Source of the DNA: Octopus sinensis
Taxonomy: Eukaryota
DNA length: 64,000 bases
Direction of reading: 5' to 3'
Assembly (NCBI RefSeq): GCF_006345805.1
Contig: NC_043006.1
Location: forward strand, 21,266,001-21,330,000
This document shows, piece by piece, positions 12,795 to 25,543 of this stretch. A program made the position numbers and the translations under genes. Each line of letters starts with the position of its first letter. Within the stretch, counting starts at the first letter, position 1. The notes beneath the pieces are model-generated. The model worked only from the letters and a program-made list of their open reading frames with translations, did not search any database and was not told where the DNA came from.

Positions 12795-13392
12795 TTGTCA
12801 TCACTGCATTATCTACCAATGAGACATGATGTAGCTAGGACACTCTATAATGAAATCCCTTGTAAGGATAACCCAGAGGACAAAAAAAAAATAAGACCCC
12901 ACAGTATGGCAGAAGCCATAATAAAGAGGAGTACCGGTGGAATGTCCCAGTGAAGACCTCACTAAAATGTAAGCACAAAGACCTGATATAATGATTTTGA
13001 GATAAAGAAGTGAAACTGTGTACTGTTGTGGAAATCAGCTGCCTAGCAGATATTAACATAAAGCCAAAGATCAGTGAAAAAGAGAATACCTATGCTGAAC
13101 TATTGAGGAATCTACAGCTACTCTATCCAGATTACAAGTTCAGGTTTATACCTGTAATTATTGAGGCACTGGGATATGAAACCACTGCCTAAATACCAAT
13201 CTTGAGAAATTAGGCGTTTCAAAACCAGAAAGGAGAAAGTTAATTCTAAGACTACAGATCCAATCCATCACTGGAACTGTAAAAATCTGTAAAACTTTCC
13301 AAAAGTTTATCATTTAAATATGTATGAGCATGTCTAGATATGCAACTACATGCATGAGAATACATGCATAAAACAAAAGATACAAATCTGTA
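12795..13392 (+). mobile_element. 5'-truncated R4/Dong-clade LINE: restriction-like endonuclease end and 3' UTR
   Basis: Frameshifted LSSLHYLPMRHDVARTLYNEI...WNVPVKTSLKCKH..PDIMI.DKEVKLCTVVEISC...YKFRFIPVIIEALGY...ITGTVKICKTFQKFII* (stop 13315-13317); RHD and PD-(D/E) motifs; CATA arrays on both sides. Confidence 0.85.
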
Positions 13393-13610
13393 CACATACA
13401 TACATACATACATACATACATACATACATACATACATGCATACATACATACATACATACATACATACATACACACATACATACATACATACATACATACA
13501 TACAAACATTCATACATATATACATACATACATACATACATGCATACATACATACATACATTCATGCATACATACATACATACACATGTCAATACATGCA
13601 TATATATATA
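13393..13610. repeat. (CATA)n microsatellite
   Basis: Read directly. Confidence 0.97.
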
Positions 13611-13635
13611 CATAATACATCTTTTATCGTTTACT

Positions 13636-13800
13636 TTAAATCATTAGACAGCGGCTATGCTGGGACACCGACTTGGAGAATATTTAATCGAACGACTCCA
13701 CCGGAGCTCACCTTTTATAAGTCTGGTACTTATTCTATCGGCTCCTTAGGGAGACATAAACAAACCTGTTATCAGACGGAGTAAAGAGCTGCAAACACAA
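13636..13800 (-). mobile_element. Degenerate 3' fragment of SINE family 1
   Basis: GCGGCTATGCTGG..CACCG...CTGGTACTTATTCTATCGG matches the family 1 tail. Confidence 0.55.
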
Positions 13801-13812
13801 ACAAAAAAATGC

Positions 13813-14292
<480 letters not shown>

Positions 14293-14386
14293 TTTATTAT
14301 TTTAACCTTAAGGTATTTTAATATGCTGCCACATTTCCTGATGAAATTTCTTTCTGTAAAAAATCTTCATCCTATATTAGTAGTAA

Positions 14387-14712
14387 AGACCCCCATCGGT
14401 CAGGCACTGACCATGGGTTTGCACCTAGAGAGATACCCTCTGAGGCACAAGTCTGGGCAAGGTTGTTTTATGGAAGACCAGCAGTCGCCCATGCATACCG
14501 GCCTCCCCTCTCCACGTCACCGATGTTGTCCAAGGGAAAGGCAAGGGCCGATACAGCTTGGCACCTGTGACGTCGCAACTCATTTCTACAGCTGAGTGAA
14601 CTGGAGCAACGTGAAATAAAGTGCCTTGCTCAAGAACACAACACGCAGCCCCGTCCGGGATTCGAGCTCACAACCTCACGATCGTAAGCTCGACGCTCTA
14701 ACCACTGAGCCA

Positions 14713-14715
<3 letters not shown>
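14387..14715 (-). mobile_element. SINE family 4 (ATGGCTCAGTGGTTAGAGCG head)
   Basis: tRNA-like A and B boxes on the minus strand; colinear with 42119-42444. Confidence 0.9.
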
Positions 14716-14755
<40 letters not shown>

Positions 14756-15332
14756 GAAGAGTGTATAACTATGAATAAATCACAATGATAACGGAGAGGG
14801 TTGTAAAAATGCTTACATCTCTAGAAATAGCAGTCAAAACCGCTATAAGGCCACTATAACCACTCATATTATATCTAAAAGCTGTCGGCGAGTGACATGA
14901 CATAAAATTCAAAATTCAAATAAAAATAAAAGGGTAGTCCTCTATTGCAATTTCGAAGTTAAGAACTAAAATGGTTCCACTGTTCTCGTCAGGAAGGCAT
15001 TTATAAGAAAAGACCAGAAAAGCGAGCCACGGCTAGACTAGATATGAGTGAAAACTAAATAATAAAAGAGGAACGCAAAAACACATTCCAGAGGATATAT
15101 CGTAAACAATTCAAAATTAATTACGAACACATCAGTGGTGAGAACATGCAATTAAATTTATTTTCATGAAAGAAGACAGTATAATTGTGAATAAATCGCA
15201 ATTAAAACGGTGAGGGTTTTAAAACCCCATACATTTCTTGAAATAGCAGTCAAAACTGCTATAAATCCACTATAGCTGCAAATATATCTTCAAGAAATGA
15301 CTGAAACGAATGAATGAATAAAAGAATAATAG

Positions 15333-15379
<47 letters not shown>

Positions 15380-15392
15380 CGTACATATATGG

Positions 15393-15446
<54 letters not shown>

Positions 15447-15453
15447 TATATGG

Positions 15454-15498
<45 letters not shown>

Positions 15499-16155
15499 CA
15501 TACATACATACATACATACATAAATACATACATACATACATACATGCATGCATACATACATATATACATACATACGTATATATATATGGCTATATATATA
15601 ATATAATTTTATACACACATACAATTTTATACACGGTGGCACTTTTACAAAGATTTGTTAGCAGTGAATACGAGAGTATGCCAAAGTCTGTAAAACAAAA
15701 TCTGTAACACAAGCATAATAGCTGCAGGGATTTATGACATTAAAGAAAACAAAATTCATATTTGAAAAGAAAATAAACGCAAGCAACCCGGCTCCTCATA
15801 CATACACACATACATACATACATACATACATACATACATACATACATACATACATACATACATACATACATACATACATACATACATACATACATACATA
15901 CATACATACATACATACGTACATACATACACAAGACACAGACATATCACAAAGGAATCATAGAATATCGTAGCTTGTAAATGTGAGATACAGAAAATAAA
16001 TTCTATAATGGCACGGATGGCTTCATCAAATAAATTTAGATGTGATATGTCAAGTCAGCATCTTAGAAATATTTTCAAATATAGTTTGTATTTTTCTATA
16101 CATAATTATATTTATATAAATGTGTGCTTCAATATATATATATACATGGATGTGT

Positions 16156-16194
<39 letters not shown>

Positions 16195-16223
16195 ATGTGT
16201 GTGTGTGTATGTATGTATGTATG

Positions 16224-16272
<49 letters not shown>

Positions 16273-16440
16273 AATATATATATATATATATACAATATAT
16301 ATATATACATTTATATATATATATAATCACACACACACAAACGTGTGTGTTTCTGCATAAATTTGGATAACTATAGCTTAAATAAATAGTTGAAGTATAG
16401 CACATGCGTGTATAAAATGTGTTATATATATGTATATATA

Positions 16441-16482
<42 letters not shown>

Positions 16483-17086
16483 AAGTATCAAAGTATCAAA
16501 GTATATATATGTGTGTGTGTGCGCGCATACAAATACATATATATATATTTATACATACACATACACATACACGCACACATTCTCTCTTACATACACACAC
16601 ACATATATACTTAAAGGGAGTGCGTGTTAGAGAGAACATAAGAGTGAGTGGAAATAATAACATGTTTGTACAACCATGTACACACCTACATACAACTCAC
16701 AGACACCGAGAGAATCGTAGCAGATCGAATCTATACAGTGTTTATGGACCGTCTTCTGATATTTTGTGTTCAAAAACGGATTTCTCGAATTAGAAGGAAA
16801 CGTGTGTCAATAAAATTTGAATATCTATAAATTGGTAGGCTTTTAATAGCCATGGTATTAATAGGGACCAATCTAAAATACACAGTAACATTGTTTAGTA
16901 GGAGACAGTTTGACGTTTCTAATTTTTTCCTCGATAATTTTCTTTTCTTCGATTTCTTCTTCATCAATTTGCATTCGTTTTTGAGTCATGGCGGCTATGG
17001 CCAAGCAGGAGTCCCGCTTTCATTGGTCATGCTTGCTAATTCAAATCTACGCGAACTTTAATGGTAGCAAGTGTGGTAGAGTGAAA

Positions 17087-17323
17087 GGCGGCGAGCTGGC
17101 AGAAACGTTAGCACGCCGGGCGAAATGCTTAGCGGTATTTCATTTGCCGCAACGTTCTGAGTTCAAATTCTGCCGAGGTCGACTTTGCCTTTCATCCTTT
17201 CGGGATCGATTAAATAAGTACCAGTTGTGCACTGGGGTCGATATAATCGACTTAATCCGTTTGTCTGTCCGTGTTTGTCCTCTCTGTGTTTAGCCCCTTG
17301 TGGGTAGTAAAGAAGAAAGAAAA
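17087..17323 (+). mobile_element. SINE family 2, full length
   Basis: 16-bp TSD AAGTGTGGTAGAGTGA at 17069-17084 and 17324-17339; B box-like GAGTTCAAATTC. Confidence 0.95.
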
Positions 17324-17448
17324 AAGTGTGGTAGAGTGATTGACAGAGGTCAAACCTGCTAGAAATAGCAGTAAAAGATTCATAAATCAAACTCTATATT
17401 CTTTGATAAAGGCCATACAGGATAATATATGTGTGTGTAATTTTAAAT

Positions 17449-17790
17449 GTATTGGGTCATCCCATAAATAATGCATTTTTTTATACTTCCTTTATTTTTT
17501 TAAATTAAGATAAACGAAGTTCTTTTTTCATCTAAAATATACTCTCCTTCATTTTCTACAATACTCTTCCATCTATCTGGTAGACTTTGCAAGGCCCCTC
17601 TTCCAAGATTCATTGTCTGTGATGAAAAATGCTCCTCTAGTACAGAATCCATATTTTTTTCCGTCTAAATGATTTTGAAGACTGCAGAATAAATGATAAT
17701 CAGATGGGCTATGACCGGCGAATATGGTCGGTAGGGCATCATTTCCTATTCAAACTGCTCCAGCCTTTAAAATGTCATCCTCGTTAAATT
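17449..17790 (-). mobile_element. Mariner 3' remnant
   Basis: Minus-strand PYSPVIAPSDYHLFCSLQNHLDG ... LPDRWKSIVENEGEYILD with frameshifts; TIR-like TATTGGGTCATCCCATAAATAATGC. Confidence 0.75.
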
Positions 17791-17945
17791 TATAGTTCTA
17801 TATTAATTTTTACCTTGTAATTTAGTTATGAAATTGTGAAAAAAAACACAAAAAAAAACCAGAAATATTCTTGTGTTGTATAAAAGTAAGACGTTATTAG
17901 AAACTTCAGTTGATGTTTTGTTGAGAATATTAATTTGCAACATAC

Positions 17946-18515
17946 GGCGGCGAGCTGGCAGAAACGTTAGCACGCCGGGCGAAATGCTTAGCGGTATTTC
18001 GTCTGCCGCTACGTTCTGAGTTCAAATTCCGCCGAGGTCGACTTTGTCTTTCATCCTTTTGGGGTCGATAAATTAAGTACCAGTTACGCACTGGGGTCGA
18101 TGTAATCGACGTAATACCTATGTCTGGCCTTGTTTGTCGCCTCTATGTTTAGCCCCTTGTGGGTAATAATGAAATAGGTATTTCGTATGCCGTTACGTTC
18201 TGAGTTCAAATTCCGCCGAGGTCGACTTTGCCTTTCATCCATTCGGGGTCGATTAAATAAGAACCAGTTACGCACTGGGGTCGATATAATCGACTTAATC
18301 CGTTTGTCTGTCCTTGTTTGTCCTCTCTGTGTTTAGCCGCTTGTGGGTAGTAAAGAAATAGGTATTTTTTCTGCTGGTTGTGTTCAAATTCCGCCGAGGT
18401 CTACTTTGCTTATCATCGTTTTGGAGTCGATAAAATAAGTAACCGTTGAGTACTGAAGACGATGTAATCGACTTAATCCTTCTAAACTGTTGTCCTCGTG
18501 CCAAAATTTAAAATC
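17946..18515 (+). mobile_element. SINE family 2 trimer (one head plus three body units, 184-bp period)
   Basis: Unit starts GGTATTT at 17993, 18177 and 18361; the third unit carries the older tail type. Confidence 0.9.
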
Positions 18516-18988
18516 AGTAATAATTTACCACACATCCACTTTCATTAGATTTACGAAGAGTGATCACATTATTTTCTTTTCACGTTATTTTCTTAAACCC
18601 ATTAGTTATCCTAACCCGGAAGGCAACTGTACAGCGAAATTCCATTGAATAAGATTTACATGTCAACACAAATTAATGACGGTGTAATTATTCATTCCGT
18701 TAATTAACAGATAATTGTAATTTTTTTCCATTTTCAACAATGCAAAAAATGCTTCAGGTCCCTAAATGTTCTTCAGAAATTAATTCACAAACAGAACTGA
18801 AATTGAAAGCATTTTGAAATTAATGTTTCATATTGCTCAAGGATTTGTAATGACTCTGTACATGTGTATATCCACACCAACGCATACATATACACAGGCA
18901 ATTATATACGCAGGTGCATATATATATGTGTGTGTGTGTATGTGTAGACACACACACCAACACACTTACATACTTACATACATACATG

Positions 18989-19042
<54 letters not shown>

Positions 19043-19130
19043 TAGATACATACATACATACATACATACATACATACATACACACATACATACATACATA
19101 CATACATACATACATACATACATACATACA

Positions 19131-19164
<34 letters not shown>

Positions 19165-19734
19165 CGAAAAATAATAATAGAGCTTCATGCATATGCGTAT
19201 ACTTGTTTGAATTAAAACAAGTTTTTTTTTTATACAGAAGTAAAATATTTCTATTAAATATCGAAGAATATGAGAGTAAAAAAATAAACAAAATAAGTTT
19301 TCACGTAGGAAATGTTTTAATGTAACAGGTTTACTGTAAAAATATTGGTCTATGTTTTTACAAGGTGAGTTTAACATACGGGTAACAAAACAGTGAGAGA
19401 AAAATCGCATTAACTGAAAAGTTTTTGTATAGCAAAAAGGTTTTTATTAAAGTGTAGTGTATGTTGAAGCCAAAACAGATTTTGCAGTAGAAGAATAATT
19501 ATGTTTAAAGCGCACAAATTTAAATTGAACCAAATCATAAGGTTATGGATCGGCTGCCTTTTGCTATATATAACAATTATTTATGTTATCAAATGGTGAA
19601 GGAGAAGGGAATGTGTTTTATAAGGAACGATCAAAATCGTGAAACCATCTGGCTGAAGCGTCCCATCAGCATTTTTTCTGAACATCGGAAGCATAGAAGG
19701 AATGTGTTTACATTTTCGTTTAGGTTTTCATGAC

Positions 19735-19786
19735 AGCTGGCAGAAACGTTAGCACGCCGGGCGAAATGCGTAGCCGTATTTCGTCT
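19735..19786 (+). mobile_element. SINE family 2 head fragment
   Basis: CAGCTGGCAGAAACGTTAGCACGCCGGGCGAAATG; truncated where the family A repeat begins. Confidence 0.8.
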
Positions 19787-19788
19787 AA

Positions 19789-20312
19789 TTAGAAATAGCA
19801 GCCAAAAAGTTTCTTTAGCCATTTCTACTACTTTAAGAAGAATTTCCCTGATAGTGCTTACTCAAAAATAATTTACGTAGATCTGGAGATGTTCGTCTGA
19901 GGTGATTCATGTCGGATGGGTATGTTCATTATTTTTAGTGCTTTCAAATCCAATTTAAGAAATGTTGAGCAGACGAAAGAAATGTCGAGTTTTAATTCGG
20001 CTAATCTAGAAACGTGAGCGTTCTCAAATAATCTTTGTACATGTGATATTTTGTTGTTTTCCCTCAGATCTACGTGAATTATTTTTGAGTAAGCACTATC
20101 AGGGAGATTCTTCTTAAAGTAGTAGAAATGGCTAAAGAAACTTTTTGGCTGCTATTTCTAAAAAATTCAGTATGTGGCAAAGTAAATTATTTTACTGAGC
20201 CCTTAATTATATAAAGTAATATTTTGAATACGCCTTGAATGGTCCTTTTACATACTGAACACTACTTGGTGAAATTGATTAATAACTAATTGATTTTACC
20301 CTTAATTATTGA
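19789..20312 (+). mobile_element. Family A-related Penelope-like/retrozyme repeat with inverted 5' arm
   Basis: 19789-19884 is the reverse complement of 20069-20160; the body is homologous to the 558-bp unit at 47.9-48.9 kb; ends in (TA)n. Confidence 0.75.
19965..20027 (+). ncRNA. Type I hammerhead-like motif (U4A core variant)
   Basis: TTGAG-CAGACGA-stem II-GAAA-CG(TGAG)CG-T-T-CTCAA; stems I, II and III can all pair. Confidence 0.55.
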
Positions 20313-20479
20313 TATATATATATATATATATATATGAAGTAAAATCAGCTCTAGTGTAATTAACATGATTAAATACATATACTAATATACATGTCTTGTG
20401 ATTTTCCGGTGGTTGCAATGGCGTAGAAAGTTTTTATACACCGCTACGCCATTGCAGCCACCGAAAAAATAGGTTGGAC

Positions 20480-21570
20480 AAGGAGTTGAGGTCTTAATTC
20501 AAGCGAATCAAGAAACAATTGAATCTATTCCAGATCTTGTAAGACTGCCAGACGGCACCAACTTACATGGGGCTATTGAAGGCAAAAGGGCACGCTGTTA
20601 ACTTTGTGGTAGCAAAAACCACCTCAAGATCGACTGCCCAACAGTGCAGAAACAATAGCAGCAACAACAAAAACTGCAGCAGCAACAGCAACAAAAACAA
20701 CAGCAAACAGAAAACACTAAATGTAAACCAGCACTGTTACCTACACCACCATCAGCACAACAGACGAAACAGCTTCACCAACAGATGGCACAGTTCCACC
20801 CACCAGCCAACCAACTCATCCAACCCAACCAATCAACACCACCTACAGCGGATGCAACACTATCAGGACTACCAACAACAACATCAGCGGAAAGTGTAAC
20901 CTCTCGAAAGAGCTGTTCTTCACTCCTGCTCCAGAGCGTCGGCTGCGGGGTCACTCCGAAAAGCTCTATCTGCGACGATTTCATCTCAATCGAAGGAGAG
21001 GGGCTTTCTCCGTCCGGGTTGCGGGTCCGTGGAATAAGCTGCCGGACGAGATAGTGAAGATGCCGACGACCGCTCGGTTCAAAGTCTCTCTCTTTACCAG
21101 AAATGGCTTGAACTCTTTGCATGAACACCACCCTGTACATAACTCCATGTCCCCCTACATGGCCTTGCTTTTCGCGTTTTGAGCCAAAAAATTAACTTAA
21201 CTTAACTTAACAGCTACAGAAAAGAAGAAAAAGACTAACCCCTCATCCCCAACAGTCACCAACCAACACTAACAACAACAACAACATCAACATTTACACA
21301 CAAATCAGCCCCAATACTTTTCTCCTCAAATTTTGTGATTCTCCGACATGTCGTCTGATGAAGGCGACACGGAAGAATGGCAAATGGCCACAGAGGGAGA
21401 CAAAAAAGGGTGCAAAAAAGAACAACTCAATCAAACAAAGCAGGGAGATACATCTCTTCCGATAGCAAAATTCCCACACATAATAACACAAGCATCAACA
21501 CTACAAATACAAACTCCAACAATGCTAACCGAGATGAACACAAACAATTTGAACCTGATGCAATAACTCA
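20480..21570 (+). pseudogene. Degenerate L1/Tx1-type ORF1 (gag-like) remnant, interrupted by a CR1 fragment
   Basis: IPDLVRLPDGTNLHGAIEGKRARC*LCGSKNHLKIDC has a CX2CX4HX4C knuckle followed by a Q/T/P-rich tail; in-frame stops. Confidence 0.6.
20901..21210 (+). mobile_element. 3' end of a CR1/L2-group LINE
   Basis: ELFFTPAPERRLRGHSEKLYLRRFHLNRRRG.FSVRVA.PWNKLPDEIVKMPTTARFKVSL; (AACTT)n tail. Confidence 0.85.
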
Positions 21571-21574
21571 CGGA

Positions 21575-22004
21575 GGGTGATTCAACGATTTCCCCTCAAA
21601 GTTGCACGTACATCTACGATGTTTTTCTCAGTTCCGCTGTTTGCGGGTCTCCCAAAATGTTCGTCAATATCGATATTTTTTCGGCCATCTTTGAAACGTC
21701 TGAACCACTCGTACACTTGTGAGCGACTGATACACTCCTCTCCATACACTTTCTGCAACTTTGCGTAGGCCTCTGTGCAGGTATCGCCATGACAACTTTC
21801 TCGGTCATGGTCAATGCGTCGATCACACGCTACACACCTTCCTTCCAAACACTGCTATAAACAGCGGATGTGCGCTAGAATGTTAAAACTGTGTGCACAT
21901 GCACAGCAGAGTTCAAGGTCAATCTTTGCTCAGCAGCTTTACTCTGCGTGCTTTAGCTTCGTTACTGTGACAACAGTCTGGATAATTATTGATCAGACCT
22001 CATA
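21575..22004 (-). mobile_element. Mariner 5' remnant (HTH region)
   Basis: TEAYAKLQKVYGEECISRSQVYEWFRRFKDGR..GRP; terminal TATGAGGTCTGATCAATA on the minus strand. Confidence 0.85.
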
Positions 22005-22739
22005 CACTATTTAGTACCAATTTGACTCAACGCCATAGAACTTAAGGACCTGTACGCTCGTAGCACGGACCTATCTCGTCAGACAACTAGAGAAGGGATT
22101 GAGATAAATTCGAGACGTTAGGCCTCTATTGATCAACCCAATTCGTGTTATCGGTCTGAAAGTGACATCATTTCTTTTCTTTTTTTGTTTCTTCTTAGCT
22201 GCTGTATGGTGAATTTAGCGACATTATATTTGGTGACACAGATGACGGGGTTAGAGTGTTGTCGCAGATTAATTGCTAGGTGGACTATCCGTGGAGAACT
22301 AACGAATAAGCGGCAACAGCCTTTCTGTAGGAGCAACCAAATTTGGTGGAGCTGGAGAAACTCTGGTGGTGCTAGATTAAAAAATTGAGGCTACATAGTT
22401 AGCATGGATGAGGCTGTAGACTATACGAGCGGAAGGAGTTAAGTATGTTGCCCTTATGTATAGAATAGCCGAGCTTAAATTGATATCTGGATTGTCACTT
22501 GCCAGTGGCTTGAAATTCATGAACAGGTTTTAGCTCTGGCTGTAATAATAAAATAGTTGATTCTTCCTCTTAATCGATAGTCAGTGTGTTGGAATATATG
22601 AAGTTTCGCCGAAACAGAATTAGTTCCAGTTAACCATTGAGAGTAATGTAGGCCTATCATTGTTATACCATTTGATGTTGCATGAAGCTAAGTCGAAATG
22701 AGTGTGTGTGTGTGACAGTGTGCGTGTGATATGAATGCT

Positions 22740-22840
22740 TATGTATGTATGTATGTATGTATGTATGTATGTATGTATGTATGAATGTATGTATGTATGA
22801 ATGTATGTATGTATGTATGTATGTATGTATGTATGTATAA
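22740..22840. repeat. (TATG)n microsatellite
   Basis: Read directly. Confidence 0.95.
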
Positions 22841-23571
22841 TGTGTGTGTGCTTGTGTGCGTGTGTGTATGCATGCATTTGTGTAGATGCATGTGTATATA
22901 GTAAAAAATATATGTAAGCCATTAGCTCTTAATACAATTCCATTAATTTCACTGGAATTGTTATTCTCACTGCAATTTTTAAATAGAAAAAAATAGTGAA
23001 ATTGCTTCTAGTCTCCAGTCACTGAGATGCAGATTCCACAACCTGATCTAAAGGATTGATAAGGCATTAATGCAATGAGAACCATTTGCAAGACACTTCA
23101 CCGTTTAAAACTTAGCGTCCGAATTATCAAGTTTTCTTCTTTTTTCTTTCTTTTCTTTTTTTTTGTCTTTTTTTGGTAACCATCTGTGAAAGTTAAAGTA
23201 ATGAAATTTTGAAATTAGCAGTTGACACATATATTTAAACTCCATGAAGTGTGTTGTGCTCTTTTCTTTCGTTTCTAATCTAATTTTGTAAACTTTCTAT
23301 ACTTGCTGAGCTCTGCCTAGTGATGAAAAACAATATTCAAGGAAGCAAATAATTCTTTATTTACTAAAGAATGTCTTTGTCTTATTGAGAAGCCTGAAAG
23401 CATAATTAAATGGATGTGCTAATAGACTGAGTATTTCAAGAAAATTACAAGAGATGTATTGGCAGATAAATTTGGCTCAAGTCACGGAAGCCCTTACTTT
23501 AGCTAAATAACTTCGAGAACTTTAAAGCGAAGTCTGTCAACTCGGTTAAAAGATAAGATTCGAACGCCTCT

Positions 23572-23977
23572 CTTTCTCTTTTCTCTTTTACTTGTTTCAG
23601 TCATTTGACTGCGGCCATGCTGGAGCACCGCCTTTAATCGAGCAACTCGACCCCGGGACTTATTCTTTGTAAGCCCAGTACTTATTCTATCGGTATTTTT
23701 TGGCCGAACCGCTAAGTGACGGGGACGTAAACACACCAGCATCGGTTGTCAAGCGATGCTAGGGGGACAAACACAGACACACAAACAAACACACATATAT
23801 ATATACATATATACGACAGGCTTCTTTCAGTTTCCGTCTACCAAATCCACTCACAAGGCATTGGTCGGCCCGGGGCTATAGCAGAAGACACTTGCCCAAG
23901 GTGCCACACAGTGGGACTAAACCCGGAACCATGTGGTTGGTTAGCAAGCTACTTACCACACAGCCACTCCTGCGCCT
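23572..23977 (-). mobile_element. SINE family 1 (AGGCGCAGGAGTGGCTGTGTGG head), full length
   Basis: A box TGGCTGTGTGG, B box GGTTTAGTCCC, internal CA/TA tract; near-identical to the next two copies. Confidence 0.95.
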
Positions 23978-24346
23978 ATCCGATATTTTTATAAACATTT
24001 TAATAAACATTTAATACCCAAAAGTGCACGTAAAACAATTGCTTAAAGGACACATCCTTATTGATAAACAGCGAAATTATGTTCACCAAAAGAATAAACA
24101 CTGCTAATCCAACAGGAGCCTATCTAACAACATTCACAACGTATGCAAGAGAACTAACAAAGCAACATACAACTGACATAAACACTATAGGGAAGTACCT
24201 AGTTCCTTTCTTTGCGATACCACTACATAACATTTAAGGAATAGAGATCTAATTTCTGTTCCTGCTACAAATATAGAGTCATTAACCCTTTTTAAGATTA
24301 TGACACGCATAGTAAGTATATTCGTTATCAACATTGACAAATACAA

Positions 24347-24657
24347 TATCTGCGACGATTTCATCTCAATCGAAGGAGAGGGGCTCTCTCCGTCCGGGTT
24401 GCGGATCCGTGGAATAAGCTGCCGGACGAGATAGTGAAGATGCCGACGACCGCTCGGTTCAAAGTCTCTCTTGACCAGAAATAGCCTGAACTCTTTGCAT
24501 GAACACCACCCTGTACATAACTTAACCTAACTTGACAGCTACAGAAAAGAAGAAAAAGACTAACCCCTCATCCCCAACAGTCACCGACCAACACTAACAA
24601 CAACAACAACATCAACATTGACACACAAATCAGCCCCAATACTTTTCTCCTCAAATT
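24347..24657 (+). repeat. Second copy of the CR1 3' end plus ~125 bp of its downstream flank
   Basis: Matches about 20967-21330, with an internal deletion in the 3' UTR. Confidence 0.9.
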
Positions 24658-25108
24658 TGTACCTTTATTAACTGGTTTCATGTGGTCCAGAACAAAACAC
24701 CTTAAATCTACACAGTTTGGTATCGAAATTTAACCTCCTGAAAGCTTTGAATTCGGGCGGTGACAGTTCACTCGAATTCGCTACCTACAGATTAGACTAG
24801 TCATGGAAACTGTGAATTTTCTGCTATATGATTATACTTCTCCTGTGTCAGAAAGAAAGGTGACCTATTGTTCAGCACCGCCATCGGAAGATATACCGAA
24901 GCTGAGATTGCAAATATCGCTGGATTAGGTATCTTTAACATCTACATGAAGTGCACATATTTCACAGCCCAATCTATGCACAAAGACCACCAGAAGCAGT
25001 ATAAGCGGTCAGATTATAAACGGATTCTGGAAAATTTTAATAGGAATTTCAGAGTTTCGTTTCAAATTGATATTATCCCTAATCAAACCACAATCATCTT
25101 CTTACGTT

Positions 25109-25543
25109 TTTTTTTTTTTTTTTTTTGCTTGTTTCAGTCATTTGACTGTGGCCATGCTGGAGCACCGCCTTTAGTCGAGCAAATCGACCCTGGACTTATT
25201 CTTTGTAAGCCCAGTACTTATTCTATCGGTCTCTTTTGCCGAACCGCTAAGTGACGGGGATGTAAACACACCAGCATCGGTTGTCAAGCAATGCTAGGGG
25301 GACAAACACAGACACACAAACACACACACACACACATACATATATATATATACATATATACGACAGGCTTCTTTCAGTTTCCGTCTACCAAATCCACTCA
25401 CAAGGCATTGGTCGGCCCGGGGCTATAGCAGAAGACACTTGCCCAAGATGCGACGCAGTGGGATTGAACCCGGAACCGTGTGGTTGGTGAGCAAGCTACT
25501 TACCACACAGCCACTCCTGCGCCTTCTTCTTCTTCTGCGCCTT
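25109..25543 (-). mobile_element. SINE family 1, full length
   Basis: 18-bp TSD CAATCATCTTCTTACGTT at 25091-25108 and 25544-25561. Confidence 0.95.

Noticed and set aside
9850-12829. Very long ORFs (up to 989 aa) of MYVC/HTYI repeats
   Set aside because: Translations of (CATA)n/(TATG)n, which contains no stop codons; no evidence of coding.
14770-15275. ~65-bp degenerate direct repeat containing GAAATAGCAGTCAAAA
   Set aside because: Probably two decayed fragments of a dispersed repeat (similar motifs occur near 3990 and 17360); no boundaries could be defined.
17993-18176. Ribozyme inside the 184-bp SINE unit that would explain the multimers
   Set aside because: No hammerhead core found on either strand; other ribozyme folds were not excluded.
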